64,000 nt of DNA from Patescibacteria group bacterium (GCA_038064475.1 JBBTTA010000002.1:83195-147194), one strand, 5' to 3'. Positions 28,315-38,695 are shown, numbered from the stretch's first letter. A program made the numbers and translations. Notes: a model not told the origin generated them from the sequence alone.

Positions 28315-29742
28315 CTACTCTGTTTCGCCTAAAAATTTCTTCCCGACAGAGAACAACCGATTCTCTCCCATATGTGGCGCAATCAATTGCACGCCAAGAG
28401 GTAGTTCCTTTCCCTCTTCATTCACCGTTCCTGATGGAACAGACATCGCTGGCATGCCAGTGTGATTTGATGACACCGTAAAGATGTCTTCGAGATACAT
28501 CGCGACAGGGTCATTTGTTTTGCTACCGAGTTTAAATGCTGGCCCTGCTGTTGTTGGTGTCACAATGACATCACATTTTTCAAACACCGTATTAAAATCT
28601 TTCGTAATCATACGACGCACGGCATTCGCTTTGTTGTAGTACGCATCGTAGTAGCCTGATGAAAGCACGTAGGTTCCAATCATAATGCGACGTCGTGGCT
28701 CCAGACCAAAACCTGTTCCACGTGTTTTAAAGTAGTCTTCAATAAGGTCCCCCCCTTCCTCATGGTACCCATACTTAACCCCATCAAAGCGCGCGAGGTT
28801 CGATGATGCTTCTGCGGGCAAAATAACGTAATACGTTGGCACCGAATACTTCACGTACGGAAGTTCAATATCAACGAGCGTATAGCCAAGCGTTTTTAAT
28901 TTTTCCAACGCCGCATCGAAGTTAGCGCGTACATCATCACGGAGTTTATTTTCATCCAAAAATGTTCGCGGCACACCAATCCTTTTTACATCTCCTAAAA
29001 CAGACGGGTAATCTGTCGTATCAACAGTTGTAAGATCCATCGCATCTTTTCCTTTCGTTACTTGAAACATTGCTTCAACATCTCCTACTGTTTTTCCAAA
29101 AGGACCAATAACATCGAGTGATGAGCCAAGCGCAATCAAACCGTGACGTGACACACTCCCATACGTTGGTTTGAGTCCGACGATGCCACAGAGCGCTGCA
29201 GGTTGTCGGATAGAACCGCCTGTGTCAGAACCAAAGGAACCAAGTGCTGCGCCCATGACAACGGCTGCCGCTGAACCTCCTGACGAACCCCCCGGAACAC
29301 GCTCAAAGTCGAGTGGGTTTTTTGTCGGACCATACACAGAGTGTTCTGTTGAACTTCCCATCGCAAATTCATCCATGTTTGCGCGTCCAATAAGCACCGC
29401 CCCAGCTTCTTTAAGTTTTGCGACAACGGTCGCGTCGTAGGGCGCAACAAAACCTTCAAGCACTTTTGAACCCGCTGTTGCTGTGTGTCCCTCGAAACAC
29501 ATGTTGTCCTTGAGCGCGACGGGGATGCCAGTGAGTGTTGTTGCTTTTCCTTCAGCAATCATTACATCTGCTCGTTCCGCTTGTTTTTTTGCATCTGCAT
29601 AGATTTCAAGAAATGCATGAACATCGGCATCCTTTGCTTTAATGTTTGCAAGACATGCGAGAAGTAGCTCCACGGCAGTGAATTCTTTTGCATCAAGTTT
29701 TTTGCGCGCCTCTGCTATTGATAGTGTTGTGACGTCGATCAT
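28315..29742 (-). CDS. gatA: Glutamyl-tRNA(Gln) amidotransferase subunit A
   Basis: Amidase signature GGSSGGSAAAV. Confidence 0.9.
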   Translation of the reverse strand: MIDVTTLSIAEARKKLDAKEFTAVELLLACLANIKAKDADVHAFLEIYADAKKQAERADVMIAEGKATTLTGIPVALKDNMCFEGHTATAGSKVLEGFVAPYDATVVAKLKEAGAVLIGRANMDEFAMGSSTEHSVYGPTKNPLDFERVPGGSSGGSAAAVVMGAALGSFGSDTGGSIRQPAALCGIVGLKPTYGSVSRHGLIALGSSLDVIGPFGKTVGDVEAMFQVTKGKDAMDLTTVDTTDYPSVLGDVKRIGVPRTFLDENKLRDDVRANFDAALEKLKTLGYTLVDIELPYVKYSVPTYYVILPAEASSNLARFDGVKYGYHEEGGDLIEDYFKTRGTGFGLEPRRRIMIGTYVLSSGYYDAYYNKANAVRRMITKDFNTVFEKCDVIVTPTTAGPAFKLGSKTNDPVAMYLEDIFTVSSNHTGMPAMSVPSGTVNEEGKELPLGVQLIAPHMGENRLFSVGKKFLGETE

Positions 29743-30026
29743 AGAATGTTTTTTACCTTCACATAGCCGTCTTCTTGTGCTGGCGCCGAGTTCAAAAGCG
29801 CCTCGGTGTACATGCCCGTTTCGTGTGGATTTGTATCCTCTCGCATAACGTTATGTGGCACACCAACAGTCGCATGATCATCGAGATTTACGTTCGCAGT
29901 CTTAAGCTCATCGACAAATGCGATGATATTCTCCATTTCCTTTGTCAGAGACTCTTTTTCGGCCTCGGAAAGGTCTATTCGGGCAAGCTGTGCAAGCTTT
30001 TCTACATCCTCTCTAGAAATCGTCAT
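29739..30026 (-). CDS. gatC: Glutamyl-tRNA(Gln) amidotransferase subunit C
   Basis: 95 aa. 4-nt overlap with gatA. GatC-like sequence. Confidence 0.8.
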   Translation of the reverse strand: MTISREDVEKLAQLARIDLSEAEKESLTKEMENIIAFVDELKTANVNLDDHATVGVPHNVMREDTNPHETGMYTEALLNSAPAQEDGYVKVKNIL

Positions 30027-30038
30027 ACGGTCAGTATA

Positions 30039-32090
30039 TCACGAGATAAGGGCCTTAAACTGCTCTTCTGTGATGACTTTTACACCAAGTTTCTCCGCTT
30101 CATCGAGTTTTGTGCCTGCTTCAACACCTGCCAAAACATAGTCTGTTTTTTTGGAGACTGAGCTTGAAATACTGCCCCCATGTACTCGAATAAGTTCTTT
30201 TGCTTCATCACGAGAAAGTGTTGGAAGTGTTCCCGTCAAAACAAATGTTTTGCCCGTTAATTTTGTAATTTGTAATTTGTAATTTGTAATTTCAACACGC
30301 ACGTGTTGTAGAAGATGTTCAAGAGGTTTTTTATTATCAGGATTTCGGAACCAATCGTAGACAGACTGTGCAACAACAACGCCTACTCCTTCAATTGCGG
30401 TAAGTTCGGGGAGTGTTGAATCACGAAGTTTTTGCAACGTTCCAAAATGATTTGCAATATCAATTGCCGTTTCTTCTCCAACATGTTGAATTGAAAGCCC
30501 AATCAAAAGTCGCGCGAATGGAACACGTTTTGCTTTCTCAATGGACGCAACAAGGTTGTCCGCTGATTTTTCAGCAAATCGTGGCAGTGAAAGCAAGTCG
30601 CCTTTCGTTATCGTAAAAATATCGGCAAACTCTGACACCAACCCCGCGTCTAAAAACATTTTTACCTGTTCTTTACCCAAGCCATCAATATCAAATGCGT
30701 GTTTTCCCACAAAATGTTCAAACACTCGTTCTGTTTGTGGACGTGAACCTTTGAACCTACATCGATACGCCGCCTCCCCTGGTACACGCTCGATTGAACC
30801 ATCTCCTCCACACAAAGCACATGTTGTTGGAAACTTCCAAATTTTTTCTTTCCCTGTGCGAAGATTTGTCAAAACAGAAACAACTTCAGGAATAACATCC
30901 CCCGCACGCTGTAATACCACGGTGTCTCCAATACGAAGATCCAATTCTTTTATAAAGTCTTCGTTATGGAGTGTTGCGCGGGACACCATTGCTCCACCGA
31001 CAAATACTGGCTTCAGGTGCGCGACAGGAGTCAAAACCCCTGTACGGCCAACCTGAAGCGCAATATCCTCAATGACTGTCGCTACTTGCTCTGCGGGAAA
31101 CTTATACGCAACGCCAAAGCGGGGCGCTTTGGCTGTATGTCCCAACATCTTTTGATGATCACGTCGCTCTACTTTGAGCACAATACCGTCAATATGATAT
31201 GGCATGTCGTGGCGTTTTTTCAGTGTCTCTGTATAAAACTTTTCAATATCTTCAACGGATTTACCAAGTTTAAATACAGGGTTCACATTAAAACCGAGCT
31301 CTTTGAGTTTCTTCAACTCTCCTGTTTGTGTATCTGGAATATCATCCGAAATTTGTTCAATATCGTATGCAAAGTTTTCAAGCTTTCGTGAAGCAGTTAT
31401 TGATGCATCAAGTTGTCGCAAGGATCCCGCAGCCGCATTTCGTGTGTTTGCAAAAAGTTGTTCATCGTTTTTTGCGCGCTCACGGTTTATACGTGCAAGT
31501 TCGGTATCAGAGAGCCAAATTTCACCAATAGCAATTACATCAATAAGTTTTGAAAGTGTGTGAGGAATGTTTTTAATCGTTTTTACTGTATGCGTCACAT
31601 CTTCTCCAATATCCCCATTACCACGCGTTGCTGCGAGTGTTAGCTTTCCCTTTTTGTACGTGAGTATTGCTTTGAGTCCATCAATTTTGTACTCCATGCA
31701 GTACGCAACGTCTGATGCTTTGCCACCTTCTTTTTCAACACCCTTTCGCACGCGCTCATCCCATGCGCGCAATTCTTCCGATGTAAAAACGTTATCAAAG
31801 GAATACTGCCGCACAGCGTGTTGCACTTTTGAGAATGCTTCAGACACATCAGCACCAATACTCTCGCTTGGAGTATCGTATGCTTTTAATTCAGGATACT
31901 TGTATTCAATTACCTGAAGTTCTTTGACAAGACTGTCATACACCTCATCAGATATCTCTGGCGCATCATGGGTATGGTAAAGATCCCGATGGTGCTTTAC
32001 CTCGGCAAGGAGCGTTTCGTAGCGTGTTTGTAGAGATTTTGGTGCCATATCTTCTACAGTGTAGCAGAAATGCCAAATATCAAATTTCAA
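30039..32090 (-). CDS. ligA: NAD-dependent DNA ligase
   Basis: KxDG adenylation motif (KIDGLK), OB and Zn-finger domains, HhH, BRCT. Contains an in-frame heptamer tandem repeat at 30247-30282. Confidence 0.9.
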   Translation of the reverse strand: MKFDIWHFCYTVEDMAPKSLQTRYETLLAEVKHHRDLYHTHDAPEISDEVYDSLVKELQVIEYKYPELKAYDTPSESIGADVSEAFSKVQHAVRQYSFDNVFTSEELRAWDERVRKGVEKEGGKASDVAYCMEYKIDGLKAILTYKKGKLTLAATRGNGDIGEDVTHTVKTIKNIPHTLSKLIDVIAIGEIWLSDTELARINRERAKNDEQLFANTRNAAAGSLRQLDASITASRKLENFAYDIEQISDDIPDTQTGELKKLKELGFNVNPVFKLGKSVEDIEKFYTETLKKRHDMPYHIDGIVLKVERRDHQKMLGHTAKAPRFGVAYKFPAEQVATVIEDIALQVGRTGVLTPVAHLKPVFVGGAMVSRATLHNEDFIKELDLRIGDTVVLQRAGDVIPEVVSVLTNLRTGKEKIWKFPTTCALCGGDGSIERVPGEAAYRCRFKGSRPQTERVFEHFVGKHAFDIDGLGKEQVKMFLDAGLVSEFADIFTITKGDLLSLPRFAEKSADNLVASIEKAKRVPFARLLIGLSIQHVGEETAIDIANHFGTLQKLRDSTLPELTAIEGVGVVVAQSVYDWFRNPDNKKPLEHLLQHVRVEITNYKLQITKLTGKTFVLTGTLPTLSRDEAKELIRVHGGSISSSVSKKTDYVLAGVEAGTKLDEAEKLGVKVITEEQFKALIS

Positions 32091-32160
32091 ATAACAAATG
32101 CCAAAAACACCTCTATTTTGATGTTTGACATTTGATATTTGAAATTACGACGCCTCGTCG

Positions 32161-33402
32161 TTAGTATTCCGCACGCAATGCACGCTCAAGACGTCGGTTG
32201 CTTGATATCTCACAAGTGTTGTAGCCACGGGCAACAATTGTTGTTGACGAAGTGTTCTTTGTCACCGTTACTAGTGCACAACGGCCGTCTTCAAGTGAAA
32301 GGTCAAATGTAGTTGTTGCCGATTCTCCACTCGATTCAGACACCCATGCAAGCGGATTACCATTAGAATCTTCATACCAGCCTGTTTCTGGATCTGAAAT
32401 GTCAGCTTCTGCACAGAGAATATTGCTCATTTCTGCAACGGGTGGCACAAAAATATTATTCGCGTCTCCCGCAACGATTGCATCAATTTCCTCATCTGAA
32501 AGTGCGCGGTTGTAAATACGAAGATCATCAAGCGTACCTGAATACCACCCAGCGTTGCCACCGTTTTGTCCTATAAACTGTACACTAAAGTCCCCCCCAC
32601 TAGTTCCAAGAGAAGTGGGAGCCCCACCATTCACCTGAACCTGTAGACTATTATCTGCCTTTCGGATAACAACAAAATGTGTCCATCCTGAAAAAGATGC
32701 TGGCATATCGGCTTCATGATTCTGCGCGTCGATACGCAAGCGATATTTGTTTTGAGTAGTAAAGACAAAAGAAAATCGATCCGAGGCTCCTGACTTTGCA
32801 ACTATCGTACGTCCTCCTCCAGTTTGCGTCGGAAGCTGTGGCTGTGCCCAAAAAGAAACAGTGAACTCCCCTGCATATGACGTTTCTTCTTCTAACCCCA
32901 CATAATCGCCCGCTCCATCGAAGGAAAGTGCGTCATTGATATATCCGGGAATCCTGTTTGGACCGTCAGAACCGTTAATACCGAGAATAAGCCCGTCATT
33001 ATTTCCCGATCCTGTATCAAACACATCATCACCAGATCCTTCATCCATACGCCAATAGTTTACGATGCCCGACGCAAGAGAGTCCCCGTAAAAACCGAAT
33101 GCAGGCGATAGACCGTCATATTGCAAATCCCAATAGAGTGCACATTCAAGCGCGGTGTCCGCAGCATAAAATGCATTTTGTGATTCGCGCGCATCTGAAG
33201 TAAGAATAAGTTCCTTAAGCGTAATGTTGTAGACAGCAAGACCAAGCGCGAGCAAAAGTGACGTCACCAAGACAGCGTAGAAAAGCGTAAAACCACGCGA
33301 CACGCGAAGCGCGCGTCGCGTGAAATAACAAATAACAGAAAACAGGCAACAAAAACGTTGTGTTTTGTTTTCTGTTTTCTGTTTTCTGTTTTCTGTTGTC
33401 AT
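32161..33402 (-). CDS. Minor pilin-like protein with a LamG (concanavalin-like) domain; long leader ending SRG|FTLF
   Basis: GFTL plus a hydrophobic helix. LDDLRIYNRALSDEEI matches LamG. Start chosen at MTTENRKQK; the track ORF extends to 33429. Confidence 0.5.
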   Translation of the reverse strand: MTTENRKQKTENKTQRFCCLFSVICYFTRRALRVSRGFTLFYAVLVTSLLLALGLAVYNITLKELILTSDARESQNAFYAADTALECALYWDLQYDGLSPAFGFYGDSLASGIVNYWRMDEGSGDDVFDTGSGNNDGLILGINGSDGPNRIPGYINDALSFDGAGDYVGLEEETSYAGEFTVSFWAQPQLPTQTGGGRTIVAKSGASDRFSFVFTTQNKYRLRIDAQNHEADMPASFSGWTHFVVIRKADNSLQVQVNGGAPTSLGTSGGDFSVQFIGQNGGNAGWYSGTLDDLRIYNRALSDEEIDAIVAGDANNIFVPPVAEMSNILCAEADISDPETGWYEDSNGNPLAWVSESSGESATTTFDLSLEDGRCALVTVTKNTSSTTIVARGYNTCEISSNRRLERALRAEY

Positions 33403-33403
33403 G

Positions 33404-33985
33404 CTATTCCCAATTATAGATAAACTCATTCATCGTCACGTTGCGTTGTGCAATTCCTTCATACCATTCGACTCGCGTTGTTACTTTTATTTCTTTATCA
33501 GTGCGCACATTCTCAATCCATGTTGTGCGACGAAATGCTGAATCAACTCCTTCCCCGTATCCATACACGTATGTTGTTGTGTTATACGTCATAATCGGAC
33601 ACTGATCTAGACAATCTCTTACCTCTGACGTAGAGATATCGATATAACATCCATCTTCTACTTGGCAATCCTCAAGTGTCGTAAGCCAGTCATTTCCTGT
33701 CAATGCGTTGGTGTCGCGTGTCGCGCGAATAAATTCGATCGTTTCTTGTGCAAGATAAATTGCAGTCACTTGATTGCGTGCAACGCGCGATGCGGCAAGA
33801 CTTTGATACACAAGAGACAATGGGGCGGTCACCGCCAACAAAAGTACGGCGATTGCCACCAATGTTTCAACGAAAGTAAAACCCCGAATCATGAAGCGAG
33901 AATCATGAATCATGCCAAAAAAGTTTCCGTTATCTTGATTCTTGATTCTTGATTCTTGATTCATAATTGTATTGTGTGATTTCAC
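33404..33985 (-). CDS. Type IV (pseudo)pilin-like protein; prepilin site G|FTFVETL; long leader MNQESRIKNQD..FFGMIHDSRFMIRG
   Basis: Class III signal motif with E5. Start uncertain: GTG at 33985, ATG M8, or ATG M25. Confidence 0.55.
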   Translation of the reverse strand: MKSHNTIMNQESRIKNQDNGNFFGMIHDSRFMIRGFTFVETLVAIAVLLLAVTAPLSLVYQSLAASRVARNQVTAIYLAQETIEFIRATRDTNALTGNDWLTTLEDCQVEDGCYIDISTSEVRDCLDQCPIMTYNTTTYVYGYGEGVDSAFRRTTWIENVRTDKEIKVTTRVEWYEGIAQRNVTMNEFIYNWE

Positions 33986-34611
33986 TATCGATCAAGGAGC
34001 CTTTGTGTAATAAGCGTCTGGAGACTAAATACGGTACGTGTCTTGCCCTCCGGTCCTGCAAATCCCTGAAAAACCAAAAGAACGCGAGGCTGTTCGTTGT
34101 CCGTTGAACGCTCTCCTCTAACATAAAACTTCAATACTTCGATATCAACCTCAGGCGCCGTGAGAGCTAGATAGTTAATACCCCCATCGGTTGACCGCTC
34201 AAGACTCATGTCCGTTTTGTTAAACCGATAGTGAATCTCTTCTCCATCAGTTGAAAGGAAGTTAAACTCTTCCGTGCCTTGATCGGGGTCACACGACGAA
34301 ACCCCACAGTCGTACGCAGTCCCCACGCGAATGGCGCGCGTCATACTATCAAGCGCGAAGTTGAGATTGTTCATAACCGATTTCACGCTCTGTGCCTTTC
34401 GGTTTGCCTCAACAATTGAAACAAGAGCCCCTGTCGCAATAAGCATCACAATAGAAAAAATAAACACAGAAACAATCATCTCAACAAGCGTGAACCCGCG
34501 CGACGCGCCGCTTGCGCGACGCGCAGAAAAACAGAGAACAGAGAACAGAGAACAGATCGTTTCATGTGTGTTTTTTGTTTTCTGTTTTTTGTTTTCTGTT
34601 TTCTGATTCAT
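33985..34611 (-). CDS. Type IV (pseudo)pilin-like protein; prepilin site SRG|FTLVEM; 39-aa Cys-containing leader
   Basis: Only one in-frame ATG. Leader MNQKTENKKQKTKNTHETICSLFSVLCFSARRASGASRG. Confidence 0.55.
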   Translation of the reverse strand: MNQKTENKKQKTKNTHETICSLFSVLCFSARRASGASRGFTLVEMIVSVFIFSIVMLIATGALVSIVEANRKAQSVKSVMNNLNFALDSMTRAIRVGTAYDCGVSSCDPDQGTEEFNFLSTDGEEIHYRFNKTDMSLERSTDGGINYLALTAPEVDIEVLKFYVRGERSTDNEQPRVLLVFQGFAGPEGKTRTVFSLQTLITQRLLDR

Positions 34612-34614
34612 ACA

Positions 34615-35226
34615 TTATTCTTTTACCTCTTCAAGTTCATGCCGTATTGAAAACTGCCCTGTGGATTCGATGAACACATAGCGTTGGCCTCCGCGTACTG
34701 ACACAATACCAACAGCGGCGCGTCCTATGGTACCGCGTTCAATAATAGCGTCGGGTTCAGGGCGCTCGAATACTATCGTCAACTCATCAAGATCACACCC
34801 GGTTCCTTCGAGATCACAAATCGGTTGAATAATTGCACCACGACCGAGTGTGTATGTCTCAAGGAGCTCGTTTGCGTCATAAAAGCCGTCGTTGTCCCTG
34901 TCGATAAAGAACTTATATGTTGTCGTACCGTTTTCAAAAAAGATGCCGTACGGATCATCGAACCCTCCTTGATCTGTGCGTACGTTTATTCCATAGCTTT
35001 GTGCTTTACGAACCGACAATGCAACATCGTATGCCATATTCGTAAGAAGTACTTCATCATCAAACTTTGAGTTTCGCGTGATGATGACTGAAGAAATGAG
35101 AGCAAAAATAGCAACTGTCACGAGCATTTCAATGAGCGTGAAGCCGTGAATCATGAAGCAAGAATCATGAATCATGCTAAAAAACCTTTTCTGGTCCTGA
35201 TTCTTGATTCTTGATTCTTGATTCAT
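34615..35226 (-). CDS. Type IV (pseudo)pilin-like protein; prepilin site HG|FTLIEM; leader MNQESRIKNQDQKRFFSMIHDSCFMIHG
   Basis: Start chosen at MNQ (35226), 2 nt after the pilD stop. The track ORF extends to 35322. Confidence 0.55.
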   Translation of the reverse strand: MNQESRIKNQDQKRFFSMIHDSCFMIHGFTLIEMLVTVAIFALISSVIITRNSKFDDEVLLTNMAYDVALSVRKAQSYGINVRTDQGGFDDPYGIFFENGTTTYKFFIDRDNDGFYDANELLETYTLGRGAIIQPICDLEGTGCDLDELTIVFERPEPDAIIERGTIGRAAVGIVSVRGGQRYVFIESTGQFSIRHELEEVKE

Positions 35227-35227
35227 A

Positions 35228-36031
35228 TTAGGAGATGTATCCGATGAGCGTGAGAATATCAATTGATCCGAAGAGGACAATAAGCAATCCGAGAATAAGA
35301 AACGGAGCGAAAGGAACCTCACTCTTCATTGTAAGCCCCGAGCTGCCCCACCGCAAACGAGTTTTCGACAGAATAATGAGAGCAAGGCTCACTAATGCAC
35401 CTGACCAAAACGCCCAAATAAGCGCGGAGATCGAACCAAGAATCCCGAGCATAAAACCAATACCAAGGGACAATTTTGCATCACCAAAACCCATCCACCG
35501 CCCGCCTGAGACAAACCACAAGAATGCAAACGGAAATGCTGCAATTAATCCTGAAACAAAAGGATACCACCATGGAGCATACGGAATGATTGCGTACGGC
35601 ATAAATCCGTATGATAGTGCGAGCGCAGCAAATGTATACACAAGGCTGTCCGGAATGATGGTGTGGCGAATGTCGTAGACGGTGATTACAACAAGAATAC
35701 TCATAATAAATGCAAGATGAAGTGCGTGGAGTGGGATGAGAATTCCTGCCGAGAATGCTTTAGAGAGAGCGAGTGTGAAAAGAATACCGGTGAGTATTTC
35801 AACAATCGGATACTGCCATGAAATGTGCGCACAACATGCACGACAGCGGCCGCGCTGAAAGAGAAAGCTAAAAAGTGGAATAAGTTCAAACCACCGCAAT
35901 ACGTGTCTGCACGAACCGCATGATGATCGCCCCCCCAGACCACGCCCTGTACGAAAACGAAGTACGACCACGTTAAGAAAACTACCAATGAGAAGTCCGA
36001 AAAGAAAAGCGAAAATAAGAAACAACGACAT
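35228..36031 (-). CDS. pilD: Prepilin peptidase (A24 family)
   Basis: N-terminal CxxC...CxxC zinc-binding motifs. Multi-TM. ...DIRHTIIPD... aspartyl protease region. Confidence 0.8.
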   Translation of the reverse strand: MSLFLIFAFLFGLLIGSFLNVVVLRFRTGRGLGGRSSCGSCRHVLRWFELIPLFSFLFQRGRCRACCAHISWQYPIVEILTGILFTLALSKAFSAGILIPLHALHLAFIMSILVVITVYDIRHTIIPDSLVYTFAALALSYGFMPYAIIPYAPWWYPFVSGLIAAFPFAFLWFVSGGRWMGFGDAKLSLGIGFMLGILGSISALIWAFWSGALVSLALIILSKTRLRWGSSGLTMKSEVPFAPFLILGLLIVLFGSIDILTLIGYIS

Positions 36032-36190
36032 ATATACAGTATACCCAGCACTTACAATCTAAAACAGGGATATCTCGGAACATCGAACATGTTTTTATCC
36101 ATCTTTTTGAAAGAAACTTTTAGTAAGTGCCGGGTATACAGGAAAACAAAAAACCCCTTTCGGGGTTTTTGTTTTGTGTGCGAAGGAGAG

Positions 36191-36640
36191 TTATGGTCGT
36201 ACGCAGTAAAATGGAGATGTTGTGTCCTGACAATCAATTCCAAGTGCGTCTGCATCATCAACATCACCATCTAAGACCGTGTTTTGTGTATCTTCAAGTT
36301 GTGCGCGAAGTACATATGTTGTTGCCGTTCCCGAATACATATATATCCCTGCGGCAGTTGGGTCTATAGGAATTGCTTGCATAAACCCACTTGTGACAAG
36401 TGCCGCACCTGCGACTGATGTTGAAGCGAGTGTGCCTGCCGCCTCTACTGGATACGTACGATTCGAGTCGAAGTACAGCTCAAGTGCAAGTTTCACCTGA
36501 CCCATATCAGAAACACGTTTCGCATCACGGCCCTTCAAACGTGCGCTGTTGAGTGACGCCAACACAACTGATGAGAGAATACCGATGATGGCGATAACCA
36601 CCAAGAGTTCAATCAATGTAAAACCTTTTTGTTGTTTCAT
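36191..36640 (-). CDS. pilA: Type IV major pilin
   Basis: MKQQKG|FTLIELLVVIAIIGIL canonical class III signal. C-terminal Cys pair. Confidence 0.85.
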   Translation of the reverse strand: MKQQKGFTLIELLVVIAIIGILSSVVLASLNSARLKGRDAKRVSDMGQVKLALELYFDSNRTYPVEAAGTLASTSVAGAALVTSGFMQAIPIDPTAAGIYMYSGTATTYVLRAQLEDTQNTVLDGDVDDADALGIDCQDTTSPFYCVRP

Positions 36641-36657
36641 ATCTTGTAATTAATATA

Positions 36658-37092
36658 CTACGGTCGCACGCAGTAGTACGCTATCGGTGTGTCAGAACAA
36701 TCGGTGTTTGCAGTACCGTTTGATGTTCCATCAATGTCTCCCACCAATGTGACGTGGTTTGCGTCTTCAAGTGCTGCACGGAGAACGTATGATGTGGCAT
36801 TGCTTGCAGCTGCCGAGTAGAGGTATTGTTCACCACTTACTGGTGGAACGGGAAGCGCCGGCATGTAGCCTCCTGTTACCAACGAGCTTGATGCTGCTGG
36901 GTATGCGCGGTTTGAGTCGAAGTAGAGTTCAAAAGCAACGCGCATTTGGCCGAGGTCAGAAACACGCTTTGCATCACGGCCCTTCTGACGTGCGCTGTTA
37001 AGAGATGCCAACACAACTGATGAGAGAATACCGATGATGGCGATAACCACCAAGAGTTCAATCAATGTAAAACCTTTATTTTTTCCTTTCAT
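36658..37092 (-). CDS. pilA: Type IV major pilin (paralog)
   Basis: MKGKNKG|FTLIELLVVIAIIGIL. C-terminal CSDTPIAYYC. Confidence 0.85.
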   Translation of the reverse strand: MKGKNKGFTLIELLVVIAIIGILSSVVLASLNSARQKGRDAKRVSDLGQMRVAFELYFDSNRAYPAASSSLVTGGYMPALPVPPVSGEQYLYSAAASNATSYVLRAALEDANHVTLVGDIDGTSNGTANTDCSDTPIAYYCVRP

Positions 37093-37342
37093 GGATTATT
37101 AATTAAATGTTCAAACTTATAAATGCTTAATAACGTAAGCGTGTATTCATTATAGTTGAAGCTAGGGCTGGGGCACCACCCCCTGTGGATAAAGGCCATT
37201 CGGCCCTGCCTTTGGAAAATGCACGCGTCCGCGGCTGCTGCCACGGCGCTCCCGCTCGGGCCGTCGCCCTGCGCAAGACATTTCCCAAAGGACGGCCTCA
37301 TTCAAGCGTTTTAGGAATCAAAAATCATGAATTAAAGGAGGT

Positions 37343-37385
37343 ATACGCGCCTTTTGTACGATATATCGTACAAAAGGCGCTCTTG
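37343..37385. terminator. Perfect palindrome gcgccttttgtacgatatatcgtacaaaaggcgc downstream of pilC
   Basis: 17-bp arms. Separates pilC from the pilin promoter region. Confidence 0.5.
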
Positions 37386-37416
37386 ATTCTTGATTCCAGC
37401 TTCTTGATTCTAGCTT

Positions 37417-38622
37417 TTAGATACCCGAAGAGATGTTGTAAATTGGGATCAAAACAGACGCAAGGAGGACTCCCACACCTAAACCAAGGAGAACAATCAT
37501 CGCAGGTTCAATGAGATCGACGAGGTTATCAACCGCCGTGTTCACCTCACGTTCATAGAAGTGTGCGAGGGTTTTGAGGATACTTGCAAGCTCTCCTGTC
37601 TCTTCACCAATACGAATCATTTGAATCATGATGTTTGGTATTTCAGGCGTAAGTTGTAATGAATCAGCAATTGACGAGCCCCCACGCACCGATTCAACAG
37701 CACGCAAGAGCGCATCCTCATAGATTTTATTTCCCACGACAGAACCACTGATCTCGAGCGCGCGAATGACAGGAATACCCGACGATAGCGTTGTATTCAT
37801 GTTGTCAGCAATACGCGAAAGATACAATGTACGGTACAACGAGCCAATATACGGAATAGAAAGCTTCAAATTGCTGACTGTCTCCTTCCCTGCCTCTGTT
37901 TTTGAGTACCGCCATGCCCACACGACACCAAGCAACCCAGCAATAATAAGAAAGACTCCGTAATTTACGAAAAAGTTTGAAATACCAATAACAACGGCTG
38001 TATATGCGGGAACTTCTTGTCCTGAATCTTGCAAAATTGCAGAGAGATTCGGAATAACGGTTGTCAACATCAAAATCATCACGACACAGAAGACTGAAAT
38101 AACGAATGCAGGATAGATAAGCGCGTTGCGTGCTTTTGACGTTACTTCGTAGGTACGATCAAGATAATCGGCAAGGAATAAAAGCGTTTGATCAAGCTTA
38201 CCCGACTCTTCACCTGCCTTTACCATGTTCACATAAAATGGAGAAAAGATTTTTGGATGTTTTTCAAGTGATTTTGAAATTGAACTGCCCGCCTGCAAAT
38301 CATTTGCAACTTCGATAAGTGTTTTTCGGAGAAGTGGTTTGTCTGATTCTTCCCCGAGGAGACGGAATACACGAAGCGCTGACACCTGTGCTTCGAAGAG
38401 TGTTGCAATTTGTCGTGAGAGGATAACGAGGTCTTTGTTCGAGACGTTTTCAAACCATGTAATTTTTCGTTCAAGGATTGGCGTATCACTCGCTTCCTTA
38501 ACCGATGCAACAATAAGCCCGCGCTGTTGCAACGAGCGAATCGCAATATCCTCATTCAAGGCATCGATAGTTCCTTGTGTCTCCTTTCCTTCTTGATCAA
38601 GTGCGCTGTATGAAAAAAGCAT
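37417..38622 (-). CDS. pilC: Type IV pilus platform protein PilC (GspF family)
   Basis: 401 aa. Two GspF repeats with TM segments. Confidence 0.85.
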   Translation of the reverse strand: MLFSYSALDQEGKETQGTIDALNEDIAIRSLQQRGLIVASVKEASDTPILERKITWFENVSNKDLVILSRQIATLFEAQVSALRVFRLLGEESDKPLLRKTLIEVANDLQAGSSISKSLEKHPKIFSPFYVNMVKAGEESGKLDQTLLFLADYLDRTYEVTSKARNALIYPAFVISVFCVVMILMLTTVIPNLSAILQDSGQEVPAYTAVVIGISNFFVNYGVFLIIAGLLGVVWAWRYSKTEAGKETVSNLKLSIPYIGSLYRTLYLSRIADNMNTTLSSGIPVIRALEISGSVVGNKIYEDALLRAVESVRGGSSIADSLQLTPEIPNIMIQMIRIGEETGELASILKTLAHFYEREVNTAVDNLVDLIEPAMIVLLGLGVGVLLASVLIPIYNISSGI

Positions 38623-38695
38623 ATTAGTTACTTATGGCAAACAATGCGTAGATGATTGCAACCGCACCCCCGATGTAGATGAGCACCTTCATAGA

